Below are positions 63,501 to 64,000 of a DNA stretch of 64,000 bases, piece after piece. The first letter of the stretch is position 1, and every line of letters begins with the position of its first letter. Below the pieces are notes generated by a model. It worked only from the letters and a program-made list of their open reading frames with translations. It had not been told where the DNA came from and searched no databases. A program made the position numbers and the translations under genes. This DNA comes from Polyangiales bacterium. GTDB taxonomy: Bacteria > Myxococcota_A > Polyangia > Polyangiales > Ga0077539. The stretch lies in contig JBGARZ010000024.1 of the NCBI GenBank assembly GCA_044229975.1, forward strand, positions 86,356 through 150,355. The letters run 5' to 3'.

Positions 63501-64000
63501 GGTGTGCCGTGCGTCGGCGGGCGTGTGCGACGTCGTCGAGAACTGCACGGGCAGTGCGGCGGCTTGCCCGGCGGACGGGTTCCAGTCGTCGGCGACGGTG
63601 TGTCGTGCGTCGGCGGGCGTGTGCGACGTGGCCGAGAGCTGCACGGGCAGTGCGGCGGCTTGTCCGGGGAATAGCTTCGTTGCGTCGGGCACGGTGTGCC
63701 GCGCGTCGGTGGCCGGTGGTTGCGACATCGCGGAGGCCTGCACGGGCTCTGCGGCGGCGTGCCCGGCGGACGTGGTTGCGACGGCGGGCACGGTGTGCCG
63801 CGCGACGGCGGGCGTGTGCGACCCGCAGGAGATCTGCAACGGCGTCTCGAACGCCTGCCCGGCCAACGTCTTCTCCTCGTCGGCCACGGTGTGCCGCGCG
63901 TCGGCGGGCGTGTGCGACGTCGTCGAGAACTGCACGGGCAGTGCGGCGGCTTGCCCGGCGGACGGGTTCCAGTCGTCGGCGACGGTGTGTCGTGCGTCGG
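51511..64000 (+). CDS. Giant Cys-rich surface lipoprotein (>4,100 aa, runs off window)
   Basis: ATG 51511 with GGAG RBS and signal MKVRWTPTAILIAALLALVGC. Frame 1 reads consistently at the points checked through to the end. Contains about 17 C-N/D-x2-D-D/N-DC-D/N-G motifs, two nidogen-like domains, roughly 60 disintegrin-like repeats and a discoidin/FTP-like domain near 62.7-63.1 kb. Confidence 0.9.
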   Translation, partial: MKVRWTPTAILIAALLALVGCGGGGSLVGFEDASVTIAFDAPAPMDVTDDFEGPNDGASDLVETGERVTPPLPCRDNDGDRYGFGIGCINVDCDDTNANITDQCYCDRVPNVRQGCLCQLGAAPLGCDLDTGLSRGAELACNLGQRNCEPVPGNPETGQWSACRQWREDFRRPTRFVGVVSQCPGSCSPDCRHQVICPEASDPIPAGSSNVSVADVAHAVFCPGGAGTRGGITSTCTTGMGGTYTRGASPTAWRDACAAPGHQNILLNSDDGIAPVTLPFQFQFYGTPFLTAGIAANGMVSFDTPTPSGANGNLPTTDVANTIFAFWDDVANRSSGACVAVYGTAPNREYVVQWNDQFFSGSATPASEHLTYQVVLTETSNTIDVIYNQMMGQGTRADGSSATVGLQQGTGASTDLVGYNVSGVTPAGRTIRWTPVTGATACSDGIYRRVYEGTTCSGIDAPFWGQFNFSSIVPPGTSIQFRVRVAETAAGLGTAPWIDLPEAPNGAPVLPTSNRDVGALIRVSMPTLVGADHFRFLELEARLIASADRRLAPTLISTEMQFTCAPPEDVACRSGGLCTFGPASNCRRGRIDCLNSTGGRLVETCVDDGVAAPGTTCGTGSVCNGTGMCVPCTEGAACSTGAACSTGEIRCTTGAPVCTVVSQLPVGTVCGGSTDTYTRTRPSPMPWVDVCALPGHLTFQVNGDDGVVPAQTLPFPFRFYGSPYTSAALATNGMMSFVTPTMAAINSMLPTTSVENTIFAFWDDIHLRTTSGICTATVGTAPLRRYIAEWDDAYFFTGGPPSASEHLTFELSLSEGNHAIDVLYYRMDGGTRATGDSATIGIQQLAGPTADQVSFNVAGIASAGSSIRWLPGAPNVCDSMANCVPCAAGAPCTPSGGVACAIGVTSCDTGVAVCMSSGVRPSTTETCNGVDDDCDGVIDNGVMQGCYTGATGTSGVGVCRAGVQTCTAGAWGTCTGQVTPGAETCNALDDDCDGSVDESVSQSCYTGATGTSGVGVCAPGLQTCTAGAWGSCAGQVTPSAELCNALDDDCDGMTDETVTQGCYTGPTGTGGVGVCRAGTATCTAGAWGTCMSQVTPVSEICNALDDDCNGAIDNGVTQNCYTGPTGTRLVGRCRDGISTCSVGAWGTCSGQVLPAVETCNNIDDDCDGTIDDGIAEACYTGPTGTQGVGQCHGGSRMCSGGLFGVACPGEVTPVLEVCNGLDDDCDGMVDEGLGTTTCGAGLCARTVSNCVGGVPQVCVPGGSGTETCNGLDDDCDGMVDEGLTMACYTGAMGTNGVGLCHGGTLTCSAGSWGTCAGQVTPVAEICNSLDDDCDGPVDETFPTLGTSCTAGVGACVRSGTVVCRGDGTGVQCSATAGMVGVEVCNNIDDDCDGMVDEGVTQSCYGGPMGSAGVGLCRPGTQTCGAGTWGTCTGAVLPAAEICNNLDDDCNGAIDNGVARSCYTGPTGTSGVGVCRPGSQACTAGTWASSCMGQVLPGTEVCNGIDDDCDGQADDGATNSCAAPSDLGIVRLGESVTQTTFMPGGSGEQWYQITFPPDYDYNMHGVGTPTINLTGMEVTSGTLRMQVFVSGTAVADCAAAASCGLDLRSWQFIDNQSVGGGTPTGAYSTRTRVWPRTVLVRVYRPSGVGLGCGLYTLFISRCTCGMPGCTAPSGSLPAETCDGIDNDCNGLIDEGFCRIGGVCFNDGQLNPANNCQVCTVPSSTVAGPTTWNNVAAGVVCRVSAGVCDVAETCGGTGAACPTDAFRSSSTVCRASAGVCDAAESCTGSAAACPVDSPSAPGSSCSPPVSGTCSGFTCGCPAGQASCSGTCLPTGGACTVGVGSCARTGVVICGTGPTSTCSVMAGAPTPEVCDGLDNDCNGLIDEGFCRIGGVCFSNGQLNPANNCQQCVVPPLTVAGPTTWGNVAAGTVCRAAAGVCDTQEVCAGTGAACPANAFLPSSTVCRANNGGGCDVAETCTGSTAACPADSALAAGTVCRATAGACDVAETCGGTSAACPSDAFLMVGTVCRASNGGGCDVAESCTGSSAACPADVGGMAGTICRAAAGPCDVAEVCGSSSAPCPVDAFQPSSTVCRANNGLGCDVAENCTGSAAACPTDVGVASGTVCRAAAGSCDTAESCNGSSSACPADSFLPSTTVCRVAAGVCDVAESCTGASAACPVNGFQSSSTVCRADNGGGCDVAETCTGSSVTCPADGARAAGTVCRAVAGTCDVQEVCGGTSAACPTNAFLPSSTVCRANNGGGCDVAENCTGSAAACPADNAVAAGTICRAVAGACDVAETCTGTSTPCAADAFVMVGTVCRAGNGGGCDVAESCTGTAAACPPDVGAGAGTVCRAAAGPCDVQEVCGSTSAPCPTNVFLPSSTVCRASAGVCDTAESCTGSAAACPTNVFLPSSTVCRANNGLGCDVAESCTGSAAACPADVGVASGTICRAVAGVCDAAETCDGSSMACPANVFLPSTTVCRANNMGGCDVAESCTGSAATCPADGALAAGTVCRASAGFCDPAETCTGTSTPCVANVFSPSSTVCRASAGVCDPAENCTGSTALCPTDAFSPSSTVCRAVAGVCDAAENCTGSTAPCPADVFLPSTTVCRMSNGGGCDVQEACTGSMAACPPDLGMGAGTVCRIAAGVCDVAEVCGSTSAACPADVFLPSSTVCRAAADVCDQSESCTGSMAACPANGFRPSSTVCRAVAGPCDLAENCTGSGIACPTDLFRPSSTVCRASVDSTCDVAESCTGAMAACPADVVRPMGTVCRPSVNQPYCDPTETCTGSSGFCPPNTVTRAPVSEAPPISVACNGVDDDCDGVVDNGVATTCASPTNLGTVGSGGSITQTTYMSSVSGAEQWYLVTFPPNYDYNMHGTGTPTINLSGAGVASGLLRMQVLVSGSTSPNCLAAGSCAPMDTLQSWQFIDNVSPAGGSPTGAFSTRDRVWPQTVLIRVYRPGGAAMCGTYTLSISRCSCGMPGCTAPVGSFPAETCDGIDNDCDGLIDEGFCRIGGTCYSNGDLNPANNCQVCTAPSTSAGPSTWGNVAAGTICRVSAGVCDPAETCGGSGAACPANVFSPSSTVCRASAGVCDTAETCTGSTAACPTDVFVPSSTVCRASAGVCDTAESCTGSAAACPGDSFVAAGTVCRADNGGGCDVAEACTGVAAGCPADGGRGAGTVCRAAAGVCDVAEVCGSTSAACPANVFSPSSTVCRSSTGVCDPAESCTGSAAACPTDALSPSGTVCRASAGVCDVAETCTGSASACPADVFSPSSTVCRASAGVCDVAESCTGSTAACPGDGFLPSSTVCRADNGGGCDVAESCTGSMAACPADGARAAGFVCRASAGVCDPAEACGGTSAPCPTNAFSPSSTVCRASAGVCDVAESCTGSTAACPGDSYSPAGTVCRANNGGGCDVAETCTGLAVTCPADVGVGAGTVCRASAGVCDPQEVCGATSAACPANVFSPSSTVCRATAGVCDVAENCTGSAAACPADAFSPSSTVCRASAGVCDVAESCTGSAAACPTDGFQSSATVCRAAVAGGCDIAESCTGSAAACPSDVVATSGTVCRATAGVCDPQETCNGVSNACPANVFSSSATVCRASAGVCDVVENCTGSAAACPADGFLSSATVCRAAVDTTCDVAESCTGSAAACPADVLRPMGTVCRASINQPYCDPSESCTGLSGFCPPNTVTRAPTTEICDAIDNDCDGLVDELFTGTSTTCTTEVNLAQGRSTSLSVQYGTVAQFGPQIAVDGLTSGFYTGTTPSQLAIAETGLGWWQVDLGGSYQVTRVVVFGRTDASPGQSQNFSIQTSTDGSTWTPRVTVASAVPSSTSSFVATTRYVRLQRLSADYLSIAEVQVFGCPVPLGLACTVGIGACTATGTQICASGGATTSCSATPGSPTTETCDGVDNDCDGLTDEGFCRIGGVCFTTGQLNPANNCQVCTVPSLTVSGPTTWANVAAGTVCRASAGVCDVAETCAGTGAACPANGFQSSATVCRASAGVCDVVENCTGSAAACPADGFQSSATVCRASAGVCDVAESCTGSAAACPGNSFVASGTVCRASVAGGCDIAEACTGSAAACPADVVATAGTVCRATAGVCDPQEICNGVSNACPANVFSSSATVCRASAGVCDVVENCTGSAAACPADGFQSSATVCRAS

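Noticed and set aside
51412..63935. Long minus-strand and alternate-frame ORFs (for example 54955-60141 and 56973-59351)
   Set aside because: Antisense shadows of the giant frame-1 gene in GC-rich DNA.

Overview
Very GC-rich DNA with a myxobacterial-type gene repertoire (taxonomy inferred, not shown). (1) 1-8.1 kb: a truncated JmjC/cupin gene, a GT-C-like membrane protein, a di-heme c lipoprotein, a galactose-oxidase-like protein and an FG-GAP/ASPIC-UnbV protein. (2) About 8.2-47.4 kb: a very large His-Xaa-Ser (Hxs)-type RiPP-like locus. Its core operon is hxsD, hxsD-like, hxsB, a precursor with a 65-aa acidic leader plus 64 tandem H-x-S triplets and a terminal Trp, then two more radical SAM genes. 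The locus holds 14 radical-SAM-containing genes in all, including ferredoxin-carbamoyltransferase-rSAM, rSAM-rSAM-Gfo/Idh/MocA and B12-rSAM-rSAM fusions. It also holds a flavin halogenase-like gene, an HExxH protein, a methyltransferase, tatA and a Tat substrate. (3) About 47.6-51 kb: an origin-like module (AT-rich tract, 26-bp palindrome, six 21-bp iteron-like repeats) beside an HTH protein and a DnaB-like helicase. An RHH gene and five dispersed 8-bp tandem-repeat sites hint at a plasmid-like or integrated replicon. (4) 51.5-64 kb: a >4,100-aa Cys-rich lipoprotein with disintegrin-like repeats, missing from the ORF track because it runs off the window. All calls come from motif reading by eye; no searches were run.
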